31,632 nucleotides of DNA from positions 1-31,632 of IMG/VR virus record IMGVR_UViG_3300032227_001423. One strand, 5' to 3'. Of the stretch, positions 16,307 to 25,490 are shown piece after piece. Source of the DNA: a virus. Its lineage: Duplodnaviria; Caudoviricetes. A model generated the notes under the pieces. That model saw only the letters and a program-made list of their open reading frames with translations. It made no database searches and had not been told where the DNA came from. Each line of letters opens with the position of its first letter. Position 1 is the stretch's first letter. A program made the position numbers and the translations under genes.

Positions 16307-17386
16307 TTATTGAAAGGCTCCAATTGGAATCGCAATAATACCTTGCTCTTTGTGACCCTTATGGTCATGTCCTTTGCCGGGTACTCCGTGAGGTTTGTTG
16401 TGTGCTTTTAAATCAGCTGACCCGAGGGCTTGTTCATAGTTGACTTCGCCTCTGAAACAGCCAATAGCATAGGGAAATTCACGGTTCAAGTGATAGTGAT
16501 AGATATTCTGCATCTTGCCGTCCCACATCACAGGATGAGTGTGTCCGTGGCATTCATCCAGTTGGGCATTGGTGACCATTTTGCCATCGTCGCCTCTGGG
16601 ACCATAGATACCAAATCCGTCTAGGGCATAGCCAAACAAGGGCGAGTGACCTTCTGTTCCTTGATTAGGAAAGCACTTCCAACTATAACCATGTAAGTGA
16701 TATTGTTGGGCATAAGGATGTCCCCAGCACTGATCAATAGGCAATATCGAAGCAGGTGGATACCATGCTGTGGTGCTGGCGTTGGCGATCTCAGCGTGCC
16801 ATACTGTACCTGTGAGTGTGACACCAATTGGCAATGCGGCAATGGGATTGGGCTTGGCACTCAGCTTTGGGATTTTAGGTAGTTGAATATTTAACTCATA
16901 AGGACTAATGCCAATGGCCGCGGCACTTGAATAGTCGCGACCAGGAAGACCTGTTCTAAAATCGTGTCCACCTGGAGCTGCTTGATAATATTTGTAAGCA
17001 GGAGTGCCAGGTTGTACAGGGAAGTCGCCCATTGCGGTGTTTGGTAATCCGTTGCCTACAAAATAACGATACTGGGCATCTTCGGTAATGGCAAACACAC
17101 TACCTTCTTTTGCGTAATCCTTGGCATACTTGGTGCCACTCACATATGGCATCTTTTCAATAACAACGGTGTTGTTTGTGGTATCCATCCAGGGCTGTGT
17201 GCTGATTTCAAATCGCGTGTTGCCAGGAACTGCCGCAAGAAAATCTGCAGCCATGAATAGTCCATTGCGCTGAGCCTTATAAGGGCTTATGGTTCCTGAG
17301 CTTAACAAGGTCTTTGGCGCATCTTGTGCTTGAGCACCACTCGCTAATACGATGCCAAGCATTAATGATATTAATATTTTTTTCAT
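16307..17386 (-). CDS. secreted YHYH-domain protein
   Basis: Signal peptide (MKK...AQA), DQCWGHP...YHLH, GYALDGFGIYGP, LDECHGH, YHYH and FPY..GCF.G motifs. Confidence 0.85.
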   Translation of the reverse strand: MKKILISLMLGIVLASGAQAQDAPKTLLSSGTISPYKAQRNGLFMAADFLAAVPGNTRFEISTQPWMDTTNNTVVIEKMPYVSGTKYAKDYAKEGSVFAITEDAQYRYFVGNGLPNTAMGDFPVQPGTPAYKYYQAAPGGHDFRTGLPGRDYSSAAAIGISPYELNIQLPKIPKLSAKPNPIAALPIGVTLTGTVWHAEIANASTTAWYPPASILPIDQCWGHPYAQQYHLHGYSWKCFPNQGTEGHSPLFGYALDGFGIYGPRGDDGKMVTNAQLDECHGHTHPVMWDGKMQNIYHYHLNREFPYAIGCFRGEVNYEQALGSADLKAHNKPHGVPGKGHDHKGHKEQGIIAIPIGAFQ

Positions 17387-17397
17387 AATTTTTCTTT

Positions 17398-19716
17398 CTA
17401 CAATTTACAACTTTCGCAATCTTCCTGGTCGTCAAAGTCGACCGCTTCTAATTTGTCTTCTACTGGTTCGTCTTGACCTTTTGAACCTTGCTTGTTGATT
17501 AGGCTATAGTAGAATGTCTTGAGTCCCCAACGATGTGCCAACATTAAATTCTTAGCAATCAGGGTGGTAGGTACTTTGCGGTCGACAAAGTGCGCGGGAT
17601 TATAGAAGGTGTTGGTTGAGATACTCTGATCCACATAGGCTGCGATCACCGACGCTGTTTTAAGATAACCGTCACAGTCTTTTTGTTCCCACATGAGCTG
17701 ATACTTGTTTTTTAACTTGTTGTACTCTGGAGCCACTTGAATTAAGCTACCTGCTTTGGATTCTTTGACAGTGATCAAACTCATTGGCATTTCAATACCA
17801 TTGGTTGAATTAATTACAACGCTTGAGCTTTCAACCGGAGCCACGGCCATCAAGGTGGCATTACGCACACCATACTGTTTCATGTTGGTGCGCAAGGTTT
17901 CCCAGTCCAACTCAGGTTTAAAGTCTGCTAATTCGTTAACAGCACTGGCACGTAACTCCCAAGGGAACGTGCCTTGGCCGTAGCGTGTCTTGTCTGAGTG
18001 TAGGCAAGGACCACGTTCTTTAGCAAGTTCAACTGTGGCCTGTGTCAAATAGTATGCTTGATGTTCCATCCAAGTTTTAACTTCTTGTAAGGCATCTTTT
18101 TCGCCATACCGTAAACTGCGTTTGGCGTGCCAGTAGGCTAGGTTAGTAATGCCTATGCCCAAGGGCTGAATTTCATCATTACTCAACTGACTTTGGATAC
18201 TCAGGAAGTCTTGATAGTCAAGAATATTACAAAGACTGCGTTGTAAGATACGGCAAGCACGACGCATATCCTCTGGATTACGGAAAGCACCCCAGTTGAT
18301 ACTGCCTAGTGTACATAGGGCAATGCGTCCTTCTGGATCGTCCAAGCGTTTAAAAGATTTGGTTGGCAATAAAATTTCACAACACAAGTTTGACTGATAG
18401 ATTGTGTGTACTTCAGGATCAAACGGCCCTTGATTCATCACATTGTCAATAAACACTAGATAGATACGGCCTGTATCTGTACGCTCTTTTAGGATGCCGC
18501 CTTTGAATACATCTTCGGCTGCCATTTGTTTCTTGCGTAAGTCCTTGCGTTTTTCATACTTGACATACAGTTCTTCAAACAGTTTTGTATTACTGTAAAA
18601 TGCTTGATACAAATCAGGTACTTCGTTAGGATCAAAGAATGTTATTTGTTCTTTGTTTTTGAATCTACGCCAGAAGAAAGAGTTGAGAACCACTCCGTAA
18701 TCCATGAAGCGAACTCTAGTTTCATCCGTACCTTGATTATTCTTGAGCACAATAAGATCATCAAACTGATAATGCCATATAGGATAAAACACAGTGGCAC
18801 TAGCATTTCTAATGCCGCCTTGACTACAACTACGCAGGTCACCAAACCACTTTTTGAGGAATGGAACCATGCCTGTGTGCATGACTTCCCCACCGCGGAT
18901 AGGAGCACCCAACGGACGCAAGCGGCCAATTTCTAAACCAATGCCAGCTCTTTTAGCGGCATATTTGGCCATCATCTCCCCCGAAGCAAAAATACTGTCA
19001 AGATTGTCGTCACTACGGATAAGCACACAACTACTAAACTGTTTAGTAGGAGTACCAAGACCAGCCAGCACAGGAGTGGCAAGAGTAAATAGGCCATCAC
19101 TGGCACAGTTGTAGTATTCTTTGATGTAGCGCATACGGGAGGTGTTAGGCTCTTCTTTATGGAAGACTGTAGCCGCCGCAATGATGTAACGAATTTGTGG
19201 AGTTTCATAAATTTCCTTTGTAGCACGATTGCGTACAAGATATTTTTCAATTAATTGTTCAATGGCCGCATAACTGTAGCCTTCATCTTTGTCGTGATCC
19301 AGCATATCATTCATGCGGTTCCAATCTTCTTCAGTGTACCACTCAAGAAGTTCTGCGGTGTAAAGACCAGTGGATACATTTTTCTTTACAATCTCGTACA
19401 GGTGTGGGACCTCATATTGACCATAAACATCCTTACGCAACATTGATAGGCGCTGTTTACCTGCCACGTACTGATAGTTGGTGTGGCCCACATCAGGATT
19501 AGATTCAACGTCAATTAGGTCAACAATAGCACGGAGAGTGATGCCATCTATCTCTTGTGTTGTAATGCCATCGTAAAAATGTAATTGTGCTTTGATTTCA
19601 ATCATGGACTGACTGACGTCAGCGATTCCTTGGCAGACTTTTGCGACTTGTGCTTGCCATTTTTCAATGGTAAGTGGTTCACGTTGTCCGCTTCTTTTGA
19701 CTACTGTAATTTGCAT
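17398..19716 (-). CDS. nrdA: ribonucleotide reductase class Ia alpha subunit
   Basis: ATP cone VVKRSG, QFSSC, SCSQGGIR, SNLCCEI, LCTL, KTFYY and C-terminal CESC. Confidence 0.97.
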   Translation of the reverse strand: MQITVVKRSGQREPLTIEKWQAQVAKVCQGIADVSQSMIEIKAQLHFYDGITTQEIDGITLRAIVDLIDVESNPDVGHTNYQYVAGKQRLSMLRKDVYGQYEVPHLYEIVKKNVSTGLYTAELLEWYTEEDWNRMNDMLDHDKDEGYSYAAIEQLIEKYLVRNRATKEIYETPQIRYIIAAATVFHKEEPNTSRMRYIKEYYNCASDGLFTLATPVLAGLGTPTKQFSSCVLIRSDDNLDSIFASGEMMAKYAAKRAGIGLEIGRLRPLGAPIRGGEVMHTGMVPFLKKWFGDLRSCSQGGIRNASATVFYPIWHYQFDDLIVLKNNQGTDETRVRFMDYGVVLNSFFWRRFKNKEQITFFDPNEVPDLYQAFYSNTKLFEELYVKYEKRKDLRKKQMAAEDVFKGGILKERTDTGRIYLVFIDNVMNQGPFDPEVHTIYQSNLCCEILLPTKSFKRLDDPEGRIALCTLGSINWGAFRNPEDMRRACRILQRSLCNILDYQDFLSIQSQLSNDEIQPLGIGITNLAYWHAKRSLRYGEKDALQEVKTWMEHQAYYLTQATVELAKERGPCLHSDKTRYGQGTFPWELRASAVNELADFKPELDWETLRTNMKQYGVRNATLMAVAPVESSSVVINSTNGIEMPMSLITVKESKAGSLIQVAPEYNKLKNKYQLMWEQKDCDGYLKTASVIAAYVDQSISTNTFYNPAHFVDRKVPTTLIAKNLMLAHRWGLKTFYYSLINKQGSKGQDEPVEDKLEAVDFDDQEDCESCKL

Positions 19717-19733
19717 TAATAACTCTCTAAATT

Positions 19734-20159
19734 TTAATTGTACTGCTGTTTAATTTCTTCTTGCTTCAATCGCCGCTTGATATTTACTACTGAGCGAGTA
19801 TTTACTATATTATTGTGTTCCCAATTAAGTATGTATTTTTCTTTGTTCACTTGGACTAAATTATATCCATCTTCTGTTAAAACCAGTTCAGCAGAGGCGA
19901 TTTCTGGATGATCGATCATACTAATAGTATACAGTATTCCCAAGCCTCTTGCGACCTCGCAGAACACATTATCTGATAATAATTGCCATGGATCTGGCCA
20001 TTTTGCTTGATCGTCCCAATGTAGGTAATAGGCTTGCCAAGGTGAGTTAAACCACCATTGGTTGACAAGGTCAAGTGCTTGTTCTAATGGCTGAGATTGA
20101 GCGGCGGTACGAAGACCGTGCCAGGCATCTAACCTATCACTAAAATCTGGATACCACAT
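19734..20159 (-). CDS. hypothetical phage protein
   Basis: 141-aa Trp-rich ORF (WPDPWQLL...FC) in the operon. Confidence 0.75.
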   Translation of the reverse strand: MWYPDFSDRLDAWHGLRTAAQSQPLEQALDLVNQWWFNSPWQAYYLHWDDQAKWPDPWQLLSDNVFCEVARGLGILYTISMIDHPEIASAELVLTEDGYNLVQVNKEKYILNWEHNNIVNTRSVVNIKRRLKQEEIKQQYN

Positions 20160-20160
20160 C

Positions 20161-21750
20161 TTAAGACAAATAAGTGATAGAGTAGGTCATCTGGGCTGAG
20201 GAGCCCGAAGCGGTTGAGGTGTATTGCACAGACATATCGGATCCTTCAGCTGATTGAATTACACTCAAGGCAATGCCTATGTCGGTATTTTCTACATAAT
20301 CGTCCATGTACTGAACGGCAGTTGATGTTCCCATTGATGTTACAATCAAACTACCTGTGCGATATCCTTCTCCGCGAAGTGTAGTGTAATTAACTGTGAA
20401 TGCGCGAGTAAGCAATGGACTCACTGTAAAAATTGTTTGTGCTGTTGGTTGATTGTCTGCTAGGGTGGCTACGATACCAGATTTTATTGTGTAGTCACCC
20501 AATGACAATTGGCTACCGTTGGTAGTGGCAATACTTAAGGTATTATTTAAATCAACTCGAGGATGAATAGTTGAATAAGCATCAGTGCGTTCAAACATAT
20601 CGCCAATACTAACATTATTGTTGCCTTCAAAACTAATGATAGCAGTAGATGGATTGGTGGTACCTTGTAAATCGTTACCTACATCATAAAAAATATTGTA
20701 ACCAGACGCATTAAGACTTACTGATCCGAAAATAATACCTTCAGCATAAATGTTATCAAACGTATTGTTGGTAACACGAACACCAGTGGCGCCGCCACTG
20801 ATAACAACGCCTTGGCCTAAAATTACTCCAGAATAAAGAATATTAAATTTAGACTTGTCAATGTTAATACCTTTGACCGGATCGTTGGTATTGAAGCCCC
20901 ATACAGTTCCAGTAAATGCGCAACCTTGGAAAATAACGTCGCTGGTTACGACTACGTCACTGCTCAATGTCACACAGTGAGTTGCCGCTGCGTCAGATGT
21001 AACTTGGCTAGTGGTAAGAGGGCCAATAAAACTTACATTTTGAAAACGGCAAGCTGTGGCACTTTGTAATAAAAACACATCGGAGGCGCCATCCAAACTT
21101 TGAAATGCCAGGTTAGCAATGGTGATTTCTGTTGGTGGAGTTGCTCCACCGGAACCAATGTTAACACCAGTTTGTTGTAAACTATCAGCGGTTTGTGCTA
21201 CCTGCTGAACAGCACCGGCGCCGTCGACTAATCGAATAATTGAGCTGTCGGCGCCTTCGCCAATAAGCATGGCATATGGTGGAATATTGATGCTATCACT
21301 GACAACATACACACCGGCTGGAAAGAATAGCGAGCGACGAATTTGTGGATTTGACTGGCGGCAATACAATTGAAACAATGCGCGATTGATAGCATCAGTA
21401 TCATCAGTCAAGCCATCGCCTGTTGCGCCAAAATCTTTAACGGACGCATATTGGTCCAACCATGATTGTAAACTTTGAACAATAGGGTCGCCTGGTGTTG
21501 GGCCTGTTTGTACAATGTAACCGGCTGCTGTGCCTTTGTAAGTGTAAGCAGCGCCAATATTAATAATATCACTAAATTCAGTAAGAATTTCTGTGTTACC
21601 AATAACGGGAGCGCCTTCGGCCAACGTGCCGTTGCCAATCCAAAGCTGGCGAGTATCTGTACTCCAACCAAGTTCTGCGCCTGCTAATTGTGGTAAATCA
21701 ACTGCTAACCCTTTGCGGTTAGTAATTTGAGAGATTTGGACGATTGCCAT
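20161..21750 (-). CDS. tail/baseplate-associated beta-helix protein (pectate-lyase-3-like domain)
   Basis: SVKDFGATGDGLTDDTDAINRA and LFFPAGVY motifs. N-terminal LPQLAGAELGWSTDTRQLWIGNG is a tail-fibre-type motif. Confidence 0.8.
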   Translation of the reverse strand: MAIVQISQITNRKGLAVDLPQLAGAELGWSTDTRQLWIGNGTLAEGAPVIGNTEILTEFSDIINIGAAYTYKGTAAGYIVQTGPTPGDPIVQSLQSWLDQYASVKDFGATGDGLTDDTDAINRALFQLYCRQSNPQIRRSLFFPAGVYVVSDSINIPPYAMLIGEGADSSIIRLVDGAGAVQQVAQTADSLQQTGVNIGSGGATPPTEITIANLAFQSLDGASDVFLLQSATACRFQNVSFIGPLTTSQVTSDAAATHCVTLSSDVVVTSDVIFQGCAFTGTVWGFNTNDPVKGINIDKSKFNILYSGVILGQGVVISGGATGVRVTNNTFDNIYAEGIIFGSVSLNASGYNIFYDVGNDLQGTTNPSTAIISFEGNNNVSIGDMFERTDAYSTIHPRVDLNNTLSIATTNGSQLSLGDYTIKSGIVATLADNQPTAQTIFTVSPLLTRAFTVNYTTLRGEGYRTGSLIVTSMGTSTAVQYMDDYVENTDIGIALSVIQSAEGSDMSVQYTSTASGSSAQMTYSITYLS

Positions 21751-21751
21751 T

Positions 21752-21779
21752 TACACGATTCCTTAATATCGTGTATTTA
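21752..21779 (-). promoter_or_regulatory. putative late promoter (TAAATA) overlapping an RBS-enclosing hairpin
   Basis: TAAATA at 21779-21774; TACACGAT-ATTAAGGA-ATCGTGTA stem-loop ending 1 nt before the ATG. Confidence 0.6.
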
Positions 21780-21782
21780 GTG

Positions 21783-22499
21783 TTATTGTGTCTGCGAGTA
21801 ATATTGCTCTAGGCGCTTCCACCATTGCTGTTCCCAGTGGTCAAAATCCTGGGGATTTAGCGTAAATTCCTGGTATTGTGGGTCTGTAGTTAAATTGCCC
21901 ATGGCATCTGTTTCAGGTTTTACGCACATTAAAACCACACCCTTGCGAATGTTAGTTTTGTACACTTCGTTATGGGCTAGGGCATAAGCTACTAGCTGTA
22001 AATAATAATCTTCAATCCAGTCCTGGCGCTTGGGCTTGTTGGTTTGTTTAAAGTCAATGATACTTTCGTCGCCTTGATGTAACCCTACACAATCTGTAGT
22101 GCCTGCGTACAAACTTGGAAAATACAAAGGTATTTCTACTCCCCAATATTCATCCACGTGCTTGAGTCCGTCACGAATAACAGTTTCTGCCATGGCATGA
22201 CTTGCCCAACTAAACGGGTTGCTACCTTTATCTTTCATCTCACCTGTTTTAACATAGTGTTCAAGGTACGTGTGCATACGTGTTCCGCGGTTGGCGGCTT
22301 CTGTAGTGATCTGTTGAGCTTTGTCTACGCCCACACGATTACGCCAGTTTTGTAGTGCCTGCTTTTTTTCTTCTGGTTGGGTAGCGGAAAGAATAGTGGT
22401 TACACTAGGAACCTTTTTACCATCGGGGGTGAGGTAAAGACGCTGTCCTTCTTCAGAAGTGCGTGATAATTCGTGATACGGAAATTTTGGATTGTACAA
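21783..22499 (-). CDS. PD-(D/E)XK exonuclease (Cas4/MGME1-like phage nuclease)
   Basis: PSVTTIL, RGT.MH..LE, E..LY, YAGTTD, IIDFKQ and QLVAYA motifs. TTG start. Confidence 0.88.
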   Translation of the reverse strand: MYNPKFPYHELSRTSEEGQRLYLTPDGKKVPSVTTILSATQPEEKKQALQNWRNRVGVDKAQQITTEAANRGTRMHTYLEHYVKTGEMKDKGSNPFSWASHAMAETVIRDGLKHVDEYWGVEIPLYFPSLYAGTTDCVGLHQGDESIIDFKQTNKPKRQDWIEDYYLQLVAYALAHNEVYKTNIRKGVVLMCVKPETDAMGNLTTDPQYQEFTLNPQDFDHWEQQWWKRLEQYYSQTQ

Positions 22500-22528
22500 A
22501 GTTAGTGACCATTTACAGTTAGACTACT

Positions 22529-22557
22529 ATTATACTAAATTATTAATAAAATGTCAA
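22529..22557 (-). promoter_or_regulatory. consensus sigma70 promoter
   Basis: TTGACA (22557-22552), 17-bp spacer, TATAAT (22534-22529). Confidence 0.85.
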
Positions 22558-22572
22558 CCTACAATTTAATCA

Positions 22573-22893
22573 TTAAATTCTAAAGGATTCGCCGCATCCG
22601 CAACGGTCTTTTTCTTGTGGGTTATTAAACTCAAAACCTTCGTTGAGCCCTTGGCGCACATAGTCTACTTCTAAGCCGTCCATCAAGGTCAGGCTTTTGG
22701 GATCAACTACTACAACAAAACCATCTTGCTCAAAGGCTGTATCCTCGGGTGCCAGTGTGTCTACGTATTCTAACACATAAGCAAGACCACTACAGCCAGT
22801 GGTTCTTACACCAAGACGAATGCCCATACCACTGCCACGTTTAATTAAATTTTTGCGGATTTTATCACCCGCTACTGATGTCACTGTAATCAT
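22573..22893 (-). CDS. iscA: A-type iron-sulfur cluster carrier IscA
   Basis: RLGVRTTGCSGLAY and F.NP....CGCGESF. Likely start at 22893 (ATGA overlap). Confidence 0.93.
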   Translation of the reverse strand: MITVTSVAGDKIRKNLIKRGSGMGIRLGVRTTGCSGLAYVLEYVDTLAPEDTAFEQDGFVVVVDPKSLTLMDGLEVDYVRQGLNEGFEFNNPQEKDRCGCGESFRI

Positions 22894-23840
22894 CGTCCAC
22901 ATACTCCACTACAAGCTTGCATTTGTTCAGGTGTATCGAGAGCATTGAGTATTTTATTGTACCACCCAATACCATTATCTAATGTGGTAGGATACTGCCC
23001 TAGTCTTAATTCAGCATCGCCTGCCCACCAAATAAAGTCTGGCTTGTTCATACCAACATGACAACACGGATCAATAGTTCCTTCGGCACTTATGTACATT
23101 GAACGTTGTTCAAGTGCTTCACAAACAGCAGGCCGGTACTTGGCGGTCATTGGTCTAATTCTGTTGCTCTGAGCAAATGTATCGTCAATTTTTTCTGGAA
23201 AGTCGTTGCGAAGATCTTTCATTACAAATACTCTATTGCCTTGCTTGTCGTACACAGGACCTGTGTTACGAACACTGGCCCTGCGATTAAATCCATAAAA
23301 TCCCAAGGTCTGGCTGATACGTTCTGCCTCTTCAAACTGATGCAAATTATGATCAAACTCTGTCATACACCATAAAGCAACTCCGCCGGCATTGATAAAT
23401 GTTTGTGCGTTTTTAATCACTGTGTCATACACCGTATTTTGTCTGTACAAGGAATGAGTATCTTCTAACCCGTCAATACAAAAAGAAACTATTGGTCGAT
23501 ATTCAGCCAGCTTGGTCCAGAATTCGCGATCTCTTGCTCCGCCATTGGTACTGATGTCTATCTTTAAAGCAGGATTATGCTTGCGAAACCACGCAACAAT
23601 TTCTATGCTCTCAGGGTTCATTACAAAATCACCGTAATTGCCGTTGATTAATATTTCATCCAGCTGTGCTACAAATTCTACAGGCAACAATGATTTAATT
23701 TTTTCCAATGACAGGTTCGTTACCTCGTATCCAAAATTGAATGGATAGCCGTGAAAATTTCTTGGGCATTGGGGGCAACGAGCATTACAATCTGAACTTA
23801 CTTCAAGGTGTAAATGCCTAACATCTGATAATTTTATCAC
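22890..23840 (-). CDS. radical SAM protein with C-terminal twitch-like domain
   Basis: CNARCPQC, STNGG, IDGL, and C-terminal C...PCC...C..VC. Confidence 0.88.
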   Translation of the reverse strand: MIKLSDVRHLHLEVSSDCNARCPQCPRNFHGYPFNFGYEVTNLSLEKIKSLLPVEFVAQLDEILINGNYGDFVMNPESIEIVAWFRKHNPALKIDISTNGGARDREFWTKLAEYRPIVSFCIDGLEDTHSLYRQNTVYDTVIKNAQTFINAGGVALWCMTEFDHNLHQFEEAERISQTLGFYGFNRRASVRNTGPVYDKQGNRVFVMKDLRNDFPEKIDDTFAQSNRIRPMTAKYRPAVCEALEQRSMYISAEGTIDPCCHVGMNKPDFIWWAGDAELRLGQYPTTLDNGIGWYNKILNALDTPEQMQACSGVCGR

Positions 23841-24211
23841 TGGTGTTTCTTTTTGTAATCTTCTACAGCGGCCTTGATTGCGTCTTCAGCAAGTATTGAG
23901 CAATGGATCTTGACTGGAGGAAGTGCGAGTTCCTCTGCAATCGCGCTGTTCTTAATCTCGCCTGCTTGCTCGAGCGTTTTGCCCTTGACCCATTCCGTGA
24001 CCAGCGAGCTTGACGCAATCGCTGAACCACACCCATACGTCTTAAACTTGGCGTCCACAATAATTCCATCTTCTACCTTTATCTGTAGTTTCATCACGTC
24101 ACCACAGGCAGGTGCGCCGACCATGCCAGTGCCTACTGTGTCGTCAATTTCCATCTTGCCCACGTTGCGTGGATTTTCATAGTGATCTATGACTTTTTCT
24201 GAGTATGCCAT
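23837..24211 (-). CDS. iscU: Fe-S cluster scaffold IscU
   Basis: YSEKVIDHYENPRNVG, GAPACGDVM, GCGSAIASSS and LPPVKIHC. Confidence 0.97.
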   Translation of the reverse strand: MAYSEKVIDHYENPRNVGKMEIDDTVGTGMVGAPACGDVMKLQIKVEDGIIVDAKFKTYGCGSAIASSSLVTEWVKGKTLEQAGEIKNSAIAEELALPPVKIHCSILAEDAIKAAVEDYKKKHQ

Positions 24212-24519
24212 TAGTTAGGTACCAATACTGTGCGATAACAATTACAATTACTATCAAGAATATTTTCTTGACGATATCCAACCGGAATTGGATTAGCTTG
24301 CTGAACATAAGTTACCTGTGGCTGTACATACACCACCTGTGGCGGATAATACACTGGTTGTACATAATATTGGCGGTTAGCCAGGTAACCAATGCCTGCT
24401 CCCACTACAAAAGGTGCCACCCAGTTGTTGCGGTATCCATTGTTGTAATAGCCGTTGTTGTGCCAGGCAAAGGCTGATGCCGATACTGTCATTAATGCTA
24501 GTGCGAGAATCTTTTTCAT
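24211..24519 (-). CDS. small exported Tyr/Pro/Val-rich protein
   Basis: Signal peptide ending AFA, short Gly-rich hydrophobic stretch, YVQP repeats, AGGAG SD. Confidence 0.75.
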   Translation of the reverse strand: MKKILALALMTVSASAFAWHNNGYYNNGYRNNWVAPFVVGAGIGYLANRQYYVQPVYYPPQVVYVQPQVTYVQQANPIPVGYRQENILDSNCNCYRTVLVPN

Positions 24520-24549
24520 TTACTTCTCCTATTTGTACTACTAATAGTA

Positions 24550-24578
24550 ATTATACTATTTTTTGATTTTTTTGTCAA
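24550..24578 (-). promoter_or_regulatory. consensus sigma70 promoter for the iscU-radical SAM-iscA unit
   Basis: TTGACA (24578-24573), 17-bp spacer, TATAAT (24555-24550). Confidence 0.85.
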
Positions 24579-25453
24579 ATCTTATTGGGTTTTAGGTTAG
24601 TAAACTCAATTTTATGCCATTCGAACGATTCTGGGCAAAATTTACATTGCGGAATTGGGTTATCTATGTTGGCAAAGAATTCGGCTCCGCGTGTGTCAAA
24701 ATCATCAAAACTCAAGCCCGGGTCTGTGTACAATAGTGCCCGATCTTCATCGCTAAGGTCAAACGGATACTGTTGATCAAATTCCACCATCAACGGAGCA
24801 GGTCCGCACTTGTAAACCTTGCCCTTGATCATGTGATAATTTTTATGTAACACCTGTGGACAGGCCTTGTGTGCTTCTATTGGGTCGCTTTGATACAAGG
24901 TGCGTGTTCCGTCAGGTCGTTCAATGATATTATTTTGTAAAAATTCTGTAGTCATCCATACATGCACTTGGACATAATTGGCGTCAATAAACTGATAATC
25001 AGAATTCATATCTGTTCTTAGCTGTGGCCCTTCTTGTATGGGATGTTTTAAAAAATTTCTAATTCTACGGAAAACTATTTCCTTATCTTCGTCTCGGTGT
25101 AAACTTATGCCAATAAACGTATCTGTTTTTTGACATGATTCGTACAGCCCTTTGACTTGATCAATGCGAGCACCGTTACTGATAATTTGTGGAGAGAACG
25201 TGTCAGGCCATGCTGCTCGAATACCCTCAACCCATTTATTGATAGAGGGATTGAGCAAGGGTTCTCCACCGAGAATAAACGGTTTTATTACTTTAATTTT
25301 TTTTGCCCAGGCTTGAATGACATTGGCGTAGTCGTCGTAGTCTTGCCAACCAGAAAATTTGTAGTTATTGTATCGGTTACATCCGGAGCAGGTTAAATTA
25401 CAAACATTTGTAATGTAGAATTCGAGCTTGTCGACAACAATGCGATTATCCAT
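24575..25453 (-). CDS. radical SAM protein
   Basis: CNLTCSGC, LGGEPLLNP, SNG, and C-terminal C...YKC...CKFC. Confidence 0.88.
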   Translation of the reverse strand: MDNRIVVDKLEFYITNVCNLTCSGCNRYNNYKFSGWQDYDDYANVIQAWAKKIKVIKPFILGGEPLLNPSINKWVEGIRAAWPDTFSPQIISNGARIDQVKGLYESCQKTDTFIGISLHRDEDKEIVFRRIRNFLKHPIQEGPQLRTDMNSDYQFIDANYVQVHVWMTTEFLQNNIIERPDGTRTLYQSDPIEAHKACPQVLHKNYHMIKGKVYKCGPAPLMVEFDQQYPFDLSDEDRALLYTDPGLSFDDFDTRGAEFFANIDNPIPQCKFCPESFEWHKIEFTNLKPNKI

Positions 25454-25490
25454 AGGATGTATTTACAACTAATTGGTAGAAGAGTTTTAT

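Noticed and set aside
14022-19716. Introns or inteins in nrdA/nrdB, or stop-codon recoding
   Set aside because: Both genes are uninterrupted and of normal length. TAA, TAG and TGA all end genes at sensible positions under the standard code.
21783-22499. Cas4 / CRISPR-Cas system
   Set aside because: The nuclease lacks the Cas4 four-Cys cluster motif, and no repeat-spacer array or other cas genes are visible.
1570-24211. Bacterial chromosome origin suggested by rpsU, clpX, iscU, iscA and nrdAB
   Set aside because: Their usual bacterial neighbours (clpP, lon, dnaG, iscS, hscB) are absent, and they are interleaved with PAAR, tail-like and small unknown genes on one strand, which fits a large phage.
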